This document shows positions 1 to 47,409 of a DNA stretch of 64,000 nucleotides, one piece after another (within the stretch, counting starts at the first letter, position 1; each line of letters begins with the position of its first letter). The stretch spans positions 4,153,360-4,217,359 of the forward strand of contig NC_043019.1 in assembly GCF_006345805.1 (NCBI RefSeq), read 5' to 3'. Both the position numbers and the translations under genes were made by a program. The notes beneath the pieces were generated by a model. It searched no databases. It had not been told where the DNA came from and saw only the letters and a program-made list of their open reading frames with translations. The DNA comes from Octopus sinensis (taxonomy: Eukaryota).

Positions 1-19
1 AACAAATGAAAGGCAATGA

Positions 20-612
20 ATGAATGTGTGGGAGTTGATCTCCAATGTTGGACGCAGGCAGAGCATCAATCGAGTCCCCCGAGAATTTTGCACCAGCAGA
101 GAGTAGGCGATCCCTTGAAAATTGATCAGATTGATTAAGGAGTGAGAGTTGAAAGTGGCACCTGAATGCAGATTGTCCCACACTCTCTGTTTCTGTCTAT
201 CCTCCCCTCTAACCGGAACTGACAAACCCAGCTCTCTCCCCACTGTGGTAGAGCTTCATCCATCTCCCTGTTGGAGTTAGTCCATGTTGGAGGAGAGAGG
301 ATGTTGCCTACCAGAGGGGGGTAGGCGTGGTTGGAATATGGTGTTTTGTGTGTACAACATGGTCGCGGTCCAATGACTGAAACAAATAAAAGATATTTAA
401 AATAATAATCACCTGCTCCTGATGTTGATGTCCTTTAAACTCCCTTCAATCCCGAACAAGCAGACCCATAGGTTCAAATAGACGTCTTAGCTGTGATATC
501 ATGGGGCAACAAAATCGGGGGCGTATACATCTGTAGTAAGGCCCTTTTATTTATACGACTTTTCCGTTTCATGTTTATTTCATTCATTGTTTGCAAATTT
601 CTCCCTCCCCCA

Positions 613-651
<39 letters not shown>

Positions 652-1203
652 GCTCTCTCTCTCTCTCCCTCTCTCTCTCTCTCACACACACGCTCACTGC
701 AAGGCTTACAAAATGGCTATTGAACTGACATTTCTATGCTATTTTGAGGGGAAGTGTACAGCATGGCCACAGCGACTGAAACAAATAAAAGATATTTAAA
801 ATAATAATCACCTGCTCCTGACGTTGATGTCCTTTAAACTCCCTTCAATCCTGAACAAGCAGACCCATATGTTCAAATAGACGTCTTAGCTGTGACCACC
901 ACCTCTTATTTTAAAACACTGTGTATCTATGGCTATATAATCCAATGTGCCTAGATAAGTTATCTTCTCCAATTTTTAACGACAACAGCGGTTGATAAAA
1001 ATGTGGAAAAACCGAATTTTTCTCCCTCATTTCTTCACTAAAACTATAAACTGAATGAATATCGAGGTAGATAATTTCCCCCTCTCATTTACAGTCTAAT
1101 TACTTTATCGACTCAAGTGTTCTATATAATTTGTTAGTCACATGCTGTTGAGTCGTTGCCCTTTATTCTCTCTATCTCGCTCCATTCCCTCTGTTTATTT
1201 TCA

Positions 1204-1262
<59 letters not shown>

Positions 1263-1665
1263 TTCATCTGACATGATTCCCCTCACCACAGTCAAGGGCA
1301 CTCTATCCACATCTATCTATCTGTCTATCACTTTCTGCGCATATCTTTCCTTTATCTCTCTAGTGTTTATAGTGTTGCTTAGCAAGTGCTATCAGACAGA
1401 CTATGTGACATTTCAAATGCTGTATGCACGGATCTCAAACGCCTACCTCCTTCATCTCTTCCAGGTAGAGAAACCTGTCGACATCACAATTTCTGTGGAG
1501 ATTTCTGGTTGACATCCAGAACCTTGCGGGTGTTAATGTCTATGCAGTGGATTTCTTCTACAGACCAGTCAAGCGTCCCAAATGTCGGAATTGTTCCACG
1601 AATTTATGTATTCAATGGAGGTACTCGAAGTTTTTTAAGAGATAGTTTTTCATGAGAACATACAG
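20..1665. repeat. Arm 1 of inverted segmental duplication (contains CRE-like and Dong-like LINE fragments on - strand)
   Basis: Its reverse complement aligns by eye, block by block, with 10845-12320. Confidence 0.85.
374..896. repeat. Direct duplication of ~125 bp (374-497 and 773-896)
   Basis: gactgaaacaaataaaagatattt...gacgtcttagctgtga occurs twice. Confidence 0.85.
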
Positions 1666-1725
1666 AACACTTTTGACGCCCACCTATTTTTTGTGCTAAA
1701 CCCAAAACATCTACTGATGATGACT

Positions 1726-2930
1726 AACTTCTCTCTTGCCATTCCACTTATTGTTCTCTCCATAAGGGAACCATGATTAATGTATTTCTCTCGTGACCTG
1801 TTTTTGACAAGTATTCATTCGTTTGTGAATGACTGTATATCCTTTTCTGAATTTTCCCTGAAACACATATGCAGTCATAACTTCACAAGCACCTGTATCA
1901 TTCGATTTTTAACTCTCTCACTAGAAGGTGAGAGTTGTAGGAACTGATTTTCTCTTCCTGGTTGAGAATCGAAGTTCCAATCTAAAACTTCTCTCTTGCC
2001 ATTCGACCTATGGTTCTGTCAATAAGGGAACCATGATTAAGGTATTTCCCTCTTGTAACGGTTAGTACTTCGTTGCAGTCGGGGGTCAGCAATTGTAACG
2101 GTTATTGTTAAGGTGTTGGTTGCCTGTGTGCAAAATGGGAGAAGAACAGAGATTGAAGTTGTAATGAGATATTTATTTACCTTTACATTAATATATATCC
2201 AAAACCACGACAGGTTGGTATGTATAACTGGTTAAATAGAAAAGCATGCAAGGTAAAAAGAGATTAATTTCGGCCGGTAGGTGTGTACACGATCTCATAG
2301 TAGTATATATAGAGAGAGATGGTAATGTTACAAAGAAAAGAAGGTGAGTTAGTGAAAGGGAGAGTGGTGGGACGAAACAACTCCTTCGTTGGTGAGTTTG
2401 TTCAGCCGGTCAGCCAGACTCGGTTCTCACTAACTGACTTTCGCTTGCGGAGTTCTTGTTTTTATAACTATCCAAAACCAGACAGAAGGATAGACACATT
2501 GTTGAGAAAAATAGATTTCGTTGCTTAGCGATGGTATCTGGCAAATGTAACTGCTGTCACTCACAGAAAAACCATTGTTTTGCCGTGAGAAAAGTGCTGT
2601 TGAACTGTTAAATTAATTTGGCGATCAAGGATCGAATCCACGCCAAGCCTGCATGAACTATTACACTCTCTTGACCTGTTTTTAACAAGTATTTATTCGT
2701 TTCTAAATGACTGTTTATACATTTTCTGCATTTTTCTTGAAACACATATGCAGTCATAACTTCACAAGAAACTGTATCGTTCGATTTTTAACCCTCTCAC
2801 TAGAAGGTGGGTGTTGTAGAAGCTGAATTTCTCTTCCTCAAAATCGAATCTAAAACTTCTCTTTTGCCATTCCACTTTTTGTTCTGTCAATAAGGAAATC
2901 ATGATAAAGATATTTCCCTCTTGACCTGTG
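1726..2930. repeat. Diverged ~260-bp tandem repeat interrupted by an LTR element
   Basis: Unit start aacttctct(c/t)ttgccattc recurs at ~1726, ~1986 and ~2854. Confidence 0.8.
2054..2665 (-). mobile_element. Internally deleted Gypsy-type LTR element (one LTR + PBS + stub of second LTR)
   Basis: TGTAA...TTACA ends with a 4-bp TSD ctct. tgtaacggtta occurs at 2054 and 2094, flanking a tRNA-Trp-like PBS (rev. TGcTGACCCCCGAC). Confidence 0.75.
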
Positions 2931-3045
2931 AACCGTGAGTATCATAAAAAGTTCACGTACGATAAGGGTCGACCTACATCCATCCACCCTTTGTTCACAA
3001 CGGTGTGTACATCCGTGTAACTGCTGTGTATATTGCTATAAATAA

Positions 3046-3425
3046 GGCGGCGAGCTGGCAGAAACCTTAGCACGCCGGGCGAAATGCTGAGCGGTATTTC
3101 GTCTGTTGTTACGTTCTGAGTTCAAATTCCGCCGAGATCGACTTTGTCTTTCATCCTTTCTGGGTCGATAAATTAAGTACCAGTTACGCACTGGGGGTCG
3201 ATGTAATCGACTTAATACCTATGTCTGTCCTTGTTTGTCCCCTCTGTGTTCAGCCCCTTGTGGGCAATAAAGAAATAGAAATAAGTATTTCGTCTGTCGT
3301 TACGTTCTGAGTTCAAATTCCGCCGAGGTCGACTTTGTCTTTCGTCCTTTCGGGGTCGATAAATTAAGTACCAGTTACGCACTGGGGGTCGATATAATCG
3401 ACTTAATCTGTTTGTCTATCCTCAT
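3046..3425 (+). mobile_element. tRNA-derived SINE (Meta-domain-like) with duplicated 3' half
   Basis: A/B-box-like head (gagttcaaattcc) and ctttcatcctttcggggtcgataaattaagtaccag core; many copies in the window. Confidence 0.8.
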
Positions 3426-3476
3426 TTGTCCTCTCTTTTTTTTTTTACTAGCCCCTAGAGTAGACAAGTATATTAC

Positions 3477-3483
3477 TATAAAT
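3477..3483 (+). promoter_or_regulatory. Candidate TATA box upstream of putative first exon
   Basis: TATAAAT lies about 90 bp before ATG 3568, in non-repetitive sequence. Confidence 0.3.
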
Positions 3484-3567
3484 ACAAACATTTGGGGAGA
3501 CAACAGACAAAGAGCAGGCCGACCGGTTCCAAATACCGTCTCCACAGAACGTCATAGAGGGACAGCT

Positions 3568-38789
<35,222 letters not shown>

Positions 38790-38980
38790 CCTGGTAGATA
38801 AACTCAACCAAAATGAAGAACGGGCTGGACTCCTCATGGACTCAATCCCTGTTCTTTGTCCTCATTGCAAGAGTTTCATTCGTTATTTTAATTGTTCTCG
38901 AGAGAATTATATTCATAAACTTTGCGGACTGAGATCTAATTTATATGAAATCGATATTCAACAACGATTAAAGATTGTAG

Positions 38981-38986
38981 AATAAA
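38981..38986 (+). terminator. Candidate polyadenylation signal
   Basis: AATAAA about 190 bp after the stop, followed by T/GT-rich sequence. Confidence 0.5.
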
Positions 38987-39195
38987 GAATGGTTTATGAT
39001 TTTACATTTTTGGTATGATTGACTACATTATAGGTGTGGTCAGTTCAATAGATGATTTCAAACATAGTCTTTTCAGGGTCGATAAATAAGTACCAGTTAC
39101 GCACTGGGGTCGATATAATCGACTTAATCCATTTGTCTGTCCTTGTTTGCCCCCTCTGTGTTTAGCCCCTTCTGGGCAGTAAAGAAATATATATA

Positions 39196-39783
39196 AGTAC
39201 AGTCACCGGAAGTAACTTGCACGGACACCGGAAATACATCTGCCATCACCAGAGAAAACAAAGCACTACCCCCCCAGCGACTTGCCTGACCTTTCATTGG
39301 ACAATAGCTACCTACCTGCCATTCTATTGGACACTGGCTAAACATCACTGCTGATATTTTTGTATAAATAGACATGAAAAATCACTGTAAAGGTAGTTGG
39401 ATTTTTGGCACTCGACTGATGTAAATCGGTTCCGTCTCGCCTGCCACGCTCGCCACTCACGCCGCCTCGAACCTTTGTACTGCTATTTCACGCCTGAAAT
39501 AAATCGCTGTATAAACTTACACCTCTTGTCTGCTCGTCATTTCAACTACTGCTTTCGTCTGTCCTGTTTTGCTGATTACGACCACAGTCCTTCTCAGGGC
39601 TAATTCAAGCCTGATCTGAATGCGATAACAGTCCTTTTTAGGATTACTCTCAGATCCGATCTAGTTACGATAACAGTGCTTTTTAGGACTATTCTTGGAT
39701 CGGGTCTAATCGCGATAACCATCCTTTTAAGGGCTACCCTCAGATCAGACCAGAAGTAGTGGCCAAGAATCGTACCCGCTACA
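39196..39783 (+). repeat. 5' LTR
   Basis: (a)GTACAG...GCTACA; matches 44010-44639. Confidence 0.95.
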
Positions 39784-39785
39784 AT

Positions 39786-39798
39786 TGGTGACCCCGAC
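39786..39798 (+). promoter_or_regulatory. Primer binding site, tRNA-Trp
   Basis: TGGTGACCCCGAC is complementary to the tRNA-Trp 3' end GTCGGGGTCACCA. Confidence 0.9.
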
Positions 39799-39832
39799 AA
39801 CGAATCAAGCGAACAGCATATCAAGAATCAGC

Positions 39833-40728
39833 ATGGACACGCCAAAACCAACAACAGAGGCCGATATACCAACCAGGCAAGAAGCTTTAACCATGAAGGT
39901 CCCGTTTTTTGGTCCAGCGACCCAGCCCTGTGGTTCGTCCACATAGAAGCACAATTCGCCACGAATAGTATCAAGCACGACTCTGCAAAACTCACGCACA
40001 TCATTGGGTCAGTCCCACCAGAAGTATTGGCTGAGGTGAGAGACCTAGTCATGGCACCGCCAGGCACGGTGTCGTACGAAGCTTTCCGCAAGGAATTAAT
40101 GATGCAAACTACCGCATCACAGCAGAGACGACTCAACCAACTCGTGTCTGCAGAAGAGTTGGGGGACAGAAACCCGTCCCAACTGCTGCGTAAATTGAGA
40201 CAGCTGATGGAGGACCAACCGCTGTCAGAAGAGGTTCCGAAAAGGCTTTTTCTACAGCGCCTGCCCTTACCAATGCAGAGCATTCTGGCGTCGACCACCG
40301 ACACAACAACTCCGGAGGAACTTGCGCGTGTCGCAGATAGAATCGCTGAGGTGTCAAACCCCTTTTCTTCTGTGGCACAAATCAACCATCGGACGAACCC
40401 TTTCGAAGCGTCCCCAGACTCTACCTCCGAGATTGCAGAGCTGCGAGCTATGATCAGGGAGCAGGCTGGTCAAATTAAAGCCCTCACAAACAGGCTAGAA
40501 AACTGGACCTTGGAAACACACCGGCGGCGCAGCAACAGTTCATCAAGGTCCACTCACCGTCGAAGATCCAGAAGTCCCAGTCAAAATCGTGTGTCTAGCA
40601 ACATCTGCTGGTATCACGCAGAATTCGGCGCACAGTCATCTAAGTGCAAGGCCCCGTGCTCTTTCCTGAATACCACCCAGGAAACGGGCAGGCCAGGGCC
40701 TAGCGACGACGTTCACCCGTGGTACTGA
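39833..40728 (+). pseudogene. gag: gag (frameshifted near 5' end)
   Basis: WFVHIEAQF, ELGDRNPSQLLR, CWYHAEFGAQSSKCKAPC. Confidence 0.88.
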
Positions 40729-40729
40729 G

Positions 40730-43680
40730 AAAAAAAATCGTCTGTTTTTTATTAACGACCAAGCGACGGGCATCTGCTATCTCGTGATACAGGAGCCCAG
40801 GTGAGTGTTATTCCTGTATCACTAGTCTCGGGCAAACGACATCCAACACCGTCCTTTCTGCGGCAGTGAACCGATCGTCAATTCCGACTTTCGGTGAGAA
40901 ATCACTGACCCTGAATCTAGGCCTGAGGCGTCGTTTCCAGTTCATTTTCGTCGTGGCAGACCTACCGACCCCTATCTTAGGAGCCGATTTTCTCCACCAC
41001 TTCAACCTTCTGGTGGACATGAAGAACCGGAGGCTTATTGACACCACCACAAACCTCACTGTGAGAGGTATATTTACCACGCAACCGACAGTGAGCCCTG
41101 TAATCTGTCAGTCAGAGCCTTCGCGTTACAACAGCATTCTCCAGAAATATCCAGACATCACTCGCCCGGTATGTAAGATGGACCCATTAAACATCGTGTC
41201 ACACATCACATCGAGACACGAGGACCACCCACAGCTGCCCGACCAAGGAGACTGCCTCCAGACCGATTGCGAATCGCCAAACAGGAATTTCAGCACATGC
41301 TGGACCTTGGAATCATTCGCCCTTCCTCCAGCAACTGGTCTGCACCTCTACACACTTGTTCCCCAAAAAACGGAGAACGACTGGCGACCATGTGGGGATT
41401 ATCGTGCACTCAACAATACCACAGTGCCCGATAATTACCCTGTACCTCACTTGCACGATTTTTCTGCCTCTCTGCAAGGCGCACGCATCTTTTCTAAGAT
41501 AGATTGGTGCGGGCATATAACCAGATACCTGTGGAGCCTGCTGATATTCCAAAGACGGCAATCACAACACCGTTCGGTTTATTAGAATTCCTGCGAATGC
41601 CGTTCGGTCTGCGCAACGCTGCACAAACCTTTCAACGGTTCATTGACACCGTATTACGTGACCTACCTTTTGTGTACGCGTATATCGACGATGTACTAGT
41701 AGCAAGTACTTCTGAGGAAGAACACGAGAAGCACTTGGATCTTATGTTCCAACGTTTGACCGAGAACGGCATCATCATCATCAACCCAAGCAAGTGCGTT
41801 CTCGGCGTTCCTTCACTCTCCTTTCTCGGGCACATGATTGATAAAGACGGCATTCGTCCACTTCCTGAGAAAGTAGACGCTATCCGCAATTTTCCAGCAC
41901 CTACATCACTTCGGAAACTACGTGAATTCCTCGGTTGGTTAATTTTTCATAGGCGTTTTATCCCTCATTGTGCTGACGCAGCCCGACTCCTCACGGACCT
42001 TCGTCGCAACCGACTCGGAAAAATGAAGACATAACTTCGAACGAGGAAGAATTAACATCTTTCAACGGTCTGAAAGAAATGCTGGCAAACGCTTCCATGC
42101 TCGTTTTCCCCAGGTCTGGCGCTCCTCTTTCGCTGCTAGTGGACGCATCAGACATGGGGGTTGGAGGCGTTTTGCAACAATATGTCGACGGCGTTTGGCA
42201 ACCCTTATCCTTCTTTTCTAAGCGGTTGCAACCCACTGAAACCAAATATAGTGCGTTCGGCCGTGAACTCTTGGCAACCTACCTTTCAGTGAAGCATTTT
42301 CGTCACATGCTCGAAGGATCGGATTTCGTGATCTACACGGACCATAAACCACTAGTTTATGCGTTCCGTACCAAACAGGATCGACATTCACCGAGAGAAC
42401 TTCGCCACTTGGATTTTGTCTCCCAATATTCAACCGATATTCGGCATATCAAGGGATCAGACAACGTAGCAGCTGACGCTCTGTCCCGAATCCCGCTGAA
42501 CGCAATACATGTGGATTCAGGCATCGACCTTCATCAAATTGCAGCTGACCAAGAGACTGACGAAGAGTTTATCAAACTCCGAGATTCGCCATCCCTCAAG
42601 TTTCAGCAAGTTCCCATTCCTTCTTCTTCTCCGGGACAAATTTGGTGCGACATTTCTACTGGTCATGAACGACCGTACGTACCCCAGATGCATCGACAAC
42701 AAGTTTTTTCTGCGTTACACTGTTTGTCTCACCCGGGAATCCGGGCTACACAGAAACTCATTTCCGCTCGTTTTGTGTGGACCAACGTTAACAAGGACGT
42801 GCGCGACTGGTCCAGGAGCTGCATTGCCTGCCAGAAAGCCAAAGTCCACAGACACATCAAAACGCCACTGGGCACATTCGCGCAACCTGATGCACGTTTT
42901 CAGCATGTGCATATCGACATCGTCGTACCTTTACCATCATCACAGAACTGCATTCACTTGCTCACCTGCATTGATCGTTTTCCCCGTTGGCCTGAGGCTC
43001 TTCCTATAAGTGATACCTCAGCGGAAACGGTGGCTAAAACTTTGGTTTTACACTGGGTATCACGTTATGACTCCCCAGCGAATATAACAACGGACAGAGG
43101 ACGCCAAGTTGATTCCCATCTCTTCAGGGAACTGACTCGTCTGTTAGGATGTAAACACATCCGCACAACAGCTTATCACCCGCAAGCTAATGGTCTTGTG
43201 GAAAGATTCCATCGTCAATTGAAAGCTGCAATAAAGTGTACCCAGACAAGACCCACTGGTTTGAATACCTGCCACTCATCCTTCTTGGCATCGTTCCACC
43301 GTTAGGACAATTCGGACCCACCTGCAGGATTAGTGTACGGCACCACCCTGGTTCTACCTGGTCAGATGGTTGCTCCCATCTCTCCTGCAGACATTAGCGA
43401 ATGGACGCACGTTTTTGTTAGAAATGACACCATCTTCACTAATATTCAACCTCCATATTCTGGCCCTTACCGTGTCCTAGAAACACAAACAAAATATTTT
43501 GTCATCGATCAATGGTAAGCAGAATTCTGTCAGTGTGGACAGATTAAAAAAAAGCCATCATGGACAGGATTACGGTTTCTACGCCAGAGACACCAGCAGC
43601 TTGCATTCCCAGCAAACCGCCTGTTTCATCTCCTGTCACAAGAAGTGGACGACGTGTCCATTGGCCCCCAAGTTGGCACA
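40730..43680 (+). pseudogene. pol: pol (protease, RT, RNase H, integrase), several frameshifts
   Basis: [45 protein letters not shown], HxxxH..CxxC, TDRG, NGLVER. Confidence 0.93.
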
Positions 43681-44009
43681 ATACGTGAAATATCATTAAA
43701 ACCGAGTTTTCACAAACATGCTTCTTGCGAAACATTCCTATATTGCTTGTTTCTAATCTTTCCTGCATCATTTAGTGACCATGTGCTCATGTTGTCGTTG
43801 TCACGAAAAACATTTTATTGCCGGTAGTTTCTCTGCCCGTGGGACTTTTTGTCACGCAATCCACAGGCAGATCAACCCAAATCCAACAGGCTCATTCATC
43901 ATTTTGTAGTTCATTTTTATCTGTTATATATATATATTTTTCTTTTCTCTGACTCATCACTGTACGATTTGTCGCTCTTTTGTTGTACAAAAGATCTGGC
44001 AGGGGGCTA

Positions 44010-44639
44010 TGTACAGTCACCGGAAGTAACTTGCACGGACACCGGAAATACATCTGCCATCACCAGAGAAAACAAAGCAACTACCTCTAGCGACTTGCCT
44101 GACCTTTCATTGGACAAAAGCTACCTACCTGCCATTCTATTGGACACTGGCTAACATCACTGCTGATATTTTTGTATAAATAGACATGATAAATCGCTGT
44201 AAAGGTAGTTGGATTTTTGGCACTCGACTGATGTAAATTGTGTCCCTCTCGCCTGCCACGCTCGCCACTCACGCCACCTCGAACATTTGTACTGCTATTT
44301 CACGCCTGAAATAAATCGCTGTATAAACTTACACCTCTTGTCTGCTCGTCATTTCAACTACTGCTTTCGTCTGTCCTGTTTTGCTGATTACGACCACAGT
44401 CCTTCTCAGGGCTAATTCAAGCCTGATCTGAATGCGATAACAGTCCTTTTTAGGACTACTCTCAGATCCGATCTAATTACGATAACAGTGCTTTTTAGGA
44501 CTACTCTCAGATCCGATCTAATTACGATAACAGTTCTTTTTAGGACTATTCTTGGATCGGATCTAATTGCGATAACAGTCCTTTTAAGGGCTACCCTCAG
44601 ATCAGACCAAAGTTGTGGCCAAGAATCATACCCGCTACA
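44010..44639 (+). repeat. 3' LTR (one extra 43-bp unit)
   Basis: TG...CA, preceded by PPT ggcagggggcta. Confidence 0.95.
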
Positions 44640-44969
44640 TATATATAGATTTTGAAGGCACGTGACTTAAGGGCAAAGAGTATTTGTCTCACGGTCAGCC
44701 TGGGGCTATAGTAGAAGACACTTGCCCAAGGTGCCACGCAGTGGGACTGAACACGGAACCATGTGAATCCCGTGTAAAGATTAATATTTATATCAGGATA
44801 TAGAAATTTTAACTAATCTCGGAGACTGGCAGTTTCATGCTGTTTTTCTTCGTCAGTTTCACACCTAACGTAATTATAACCCGACTATCCTTCCATACAA
44901 ACACCCCGTTCTGTTTCGCTCTGACCGACAGAAGAACCAAACACGTCTACATTCACTAAACAAATTATA

Positions 44970-45400
44970 CGGATCTTTTCCTTTTGAACGGCAGTTTGAA
45001 ACATAATTTCTAGTAACTAAAAAATGTTATACTTCGTATACGGTAGAATGTTTTATACAACATCTTTTTCTCTTGTTTATTGAGAAAATTCTATAGTTTG
45101 TAAGATATTTCGTCTGAAAATCCGAGCATTTCGGCAATTTTAACCAATCGATTGAACTAAAATCATTGCTGCGTCTAAAACTGAGACAACATCCTGTCAC
45201 TAACCCTCAACCTAACCCTAACCCTATTTTTTTTTCTTAATTGTTAAATTAAACTACGTTAAACAAACAAATTACAATTTTCTCAAGAAAGCCAAGAGAA
45301 AAAAATGTTTTATTTTGACACATTCTACCAGTATACGAAGTTTTAAGTGTTTAGTTAACTAGAAATTGTGTTGAAAACTGCCGTTCAAAAGAAAAGATCC
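44970..45400. mobile_element. MITE with internal CCCTAA repeats
   Basis: TIRs ggatcttttc.ttttgaacggcagtt / aactgccgttcaaaagaaaagatcc. Confidence 0.8.
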
Positions 45401-45621
45401 AATATGCAGAATATGCTCTTGAGACCAATAATACACCGGGGAGTGTAACAAAGAGAATAATTGGCTCTGATCGACTGGTATGTTTGTTGTAGGCGATTGT
45501 TTGTTGACACAGTGGGAATAGTAAACTACGTGTGTATGTGACTAGGTTTTATGATAGGAGTATGTAGAGGTGGGTCAGGGATACGGAGGTGTCTAGGTTA
45601 AGGACCATCTAGAGTGATTCT

Positions 45622-46651
45622 GGGATCTTTTCGGTTTGAAGGGCAGTTTTTTCTAGCGGTGTCATATGAAATTGTCACCCATAATTATGATCCTAGTATC
45701 GATCTATTGCATTTCAATCTGTTTTAGGATTAGGGTTAGTTAGGATTAGGGTTAGGGGTGGGGGGAAGAGTATCTTTTTTTCTTCACAAATGTAAATATA
45801 CCCAATCTGTTTCTTAAACGAGGGACATATTCAAACGGCACAGAATGTTTCTTTTACCTCAATAGACGTCATTGATTGGTTGAAATTGCAGAATTGAAGA
45901 AAAAAATGTAAGAATTAGCACTTCCTTCTCAAAGCTTGGATTCGAAATCAGACCCAAGAATCATTGGTCGTAAATACCAATGCACAAAAAGGCGCGAAAT
46001 CAGAATCTCTTTGTTCTGACAAAAAATGATGGATCGTCTCCCTTCGACCTCTGACCCGAGCAGGTCAGGCGAAGTTTAACAGGACGACCAGCGACCTACT
46101 GTACGCAATAACACTCTTGCGGTATATCTATTTTTCTGGCTATTTGAGATGTTATAAATAGAACGGAGAAATAGGTATCTGGAGAGAAGCCGAACCAACG
46201 TTTAAGAGAACGTCACGCATTTATGAGGACGACGAAAGAATATTCAGAAAGGTGACTCTGTACTGCATGATTTACACACACACACACACACACACACCAT
46301 CAAACATATTCTGCTTTAATGTGTATCCTGTATTATGCATTCCTTTAAAATGTATTATTTGCAACCACTATTTGATATGCATTTTGTACAAGCGATGTGT
46401 AACATTGCTTACAAATTGATGTAGTGATAATAAATCTTTAATTTATTACAAAGCACTTATGTATTTATTAATACATCCACGCATCCACTACAAAAAACAA
46501 CAACAAATATCTTACAAACTATAGAATTTTCTCAATAAAGCCAAGAGAAAAATATGTTTTATAAACACATTCTACCAGTATACGAAGTTTAAAAGTGTTT
46601 AGTTACGTGGAAAATATTTTTTAAAAACTGCCGTTCAAACCGAAAAGATCC
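45622..46651. mobile_element. MITE (same family) interrupted by solo LTR
   Basis: TIRs present; colinear with the uninterrupted copy at 52508-52940. Confidence 0.8.
45907..46492 (+). mobile_element. Solo LTR
   Basis: TGTA...TACA, inserted in an A-run; internal TATAAA and AATAAA. Confidence 0.7.
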
Positions 46652-46865
46652 GCTATCTAGAGTGACTCTGTTTTAACGCACCCTTCTTTACCCGAGGGTG
46701 TGAGCCGAGGAAGATTTGGCTGATATTTCTAGCAGGTCGAGCGACCGAGTAACGAGATTCTTGCTGATTGGTTGAAATTAAATTCGACTTGTCGCAGTTC
46801 AGGATGTAACATGTCCGTGAGTCAGCTTGCCAGATTTTGCCGTACAGGCCGCATACACACACACA

Positions 46866-46902
<37 letters not shown>

Positions 46903-47409
46903 ACACACACAAACACACGTGCACACACACGTACACACACACACACACACAGACACACACACACGTACACACACACGTACACACACACACACACACACAC
47001 ACGTACACACACACACACACACACAGACACACACACACATACACACACACGTACACACACACATACACACACACACGTAACACACACACACACACACACA
47101 CACGTACACCACACGTACACACACACACACACACACACACATACATACACACACACGTACACACACACACACGCACACACACACACGTACACACACACAC
47201 GTACACACACACACACACACTCGTCTCTCACTCATACATTCTTAGGCGATCATTCATTTTGAGTACGCAATAAAAACGAATATCCGTTAGTTTCCGATGG
47301 ACGCTTGGAAGAAGCTATTGAGTGTACGTGTGTGTGTGTGTGTGTGTGTATGTGTGTGAGTGTGAGTGCGAGCATGCTTTTTCTGTATTTATTTATCTAT
47401 GTGTACGGA

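Larger units (their letters stand above)
39196..44639 (+). mobile_element. Ty3/Gypsy LTR retrotransposon, CsRn1-like clade
   Basis: Two LTRs, tRNA-Trp PBS, PPT, TATA TSD, gag with CHCC knuckle, PR-RT-RH-IN order. Confidence 0.95.

Noticed and set aside
1386-1655. 89-aa ORF as host exon
   Set aside because: It is the antisense of the Dong-like LINE fragment duplicated at 10880-11105.
3046-3135. tRNA genes (A/B-box-like heads throughout the window)
   Set aside because: Each continues into a SINE core and none forms a complete cloverleaf.
39620-39760. 43-bp periodic repeats as CRISPR array
   Set aside because: They are tandem units inside the Gypsy LTRs and recur in the 3' LTR.
39828-40385. 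185-aa minus-strand ORF and other ORFs overlapping gag/pol
   Set aside because: Antisense or off-frame shadows of the Gypsy coding region.
44821-44860. Minus-strand CUGACGA...GAAACUGCCAGUC hammerhead
   Set aside because: The core is present but stems I and II do not pair. At best a decayed relic.
45725-45765. Telomere or chromosome-fusion scar
   Set aside because: Only a few imperfect units, and they lie inside a multi-copy MITE.
46653-47273. Long CV/HT-repeat ORFs (also the YI, LS and LPTY ORFs elsewhere)
   Set aside because: Di- and tetranucleotide microsatellite artefacts.
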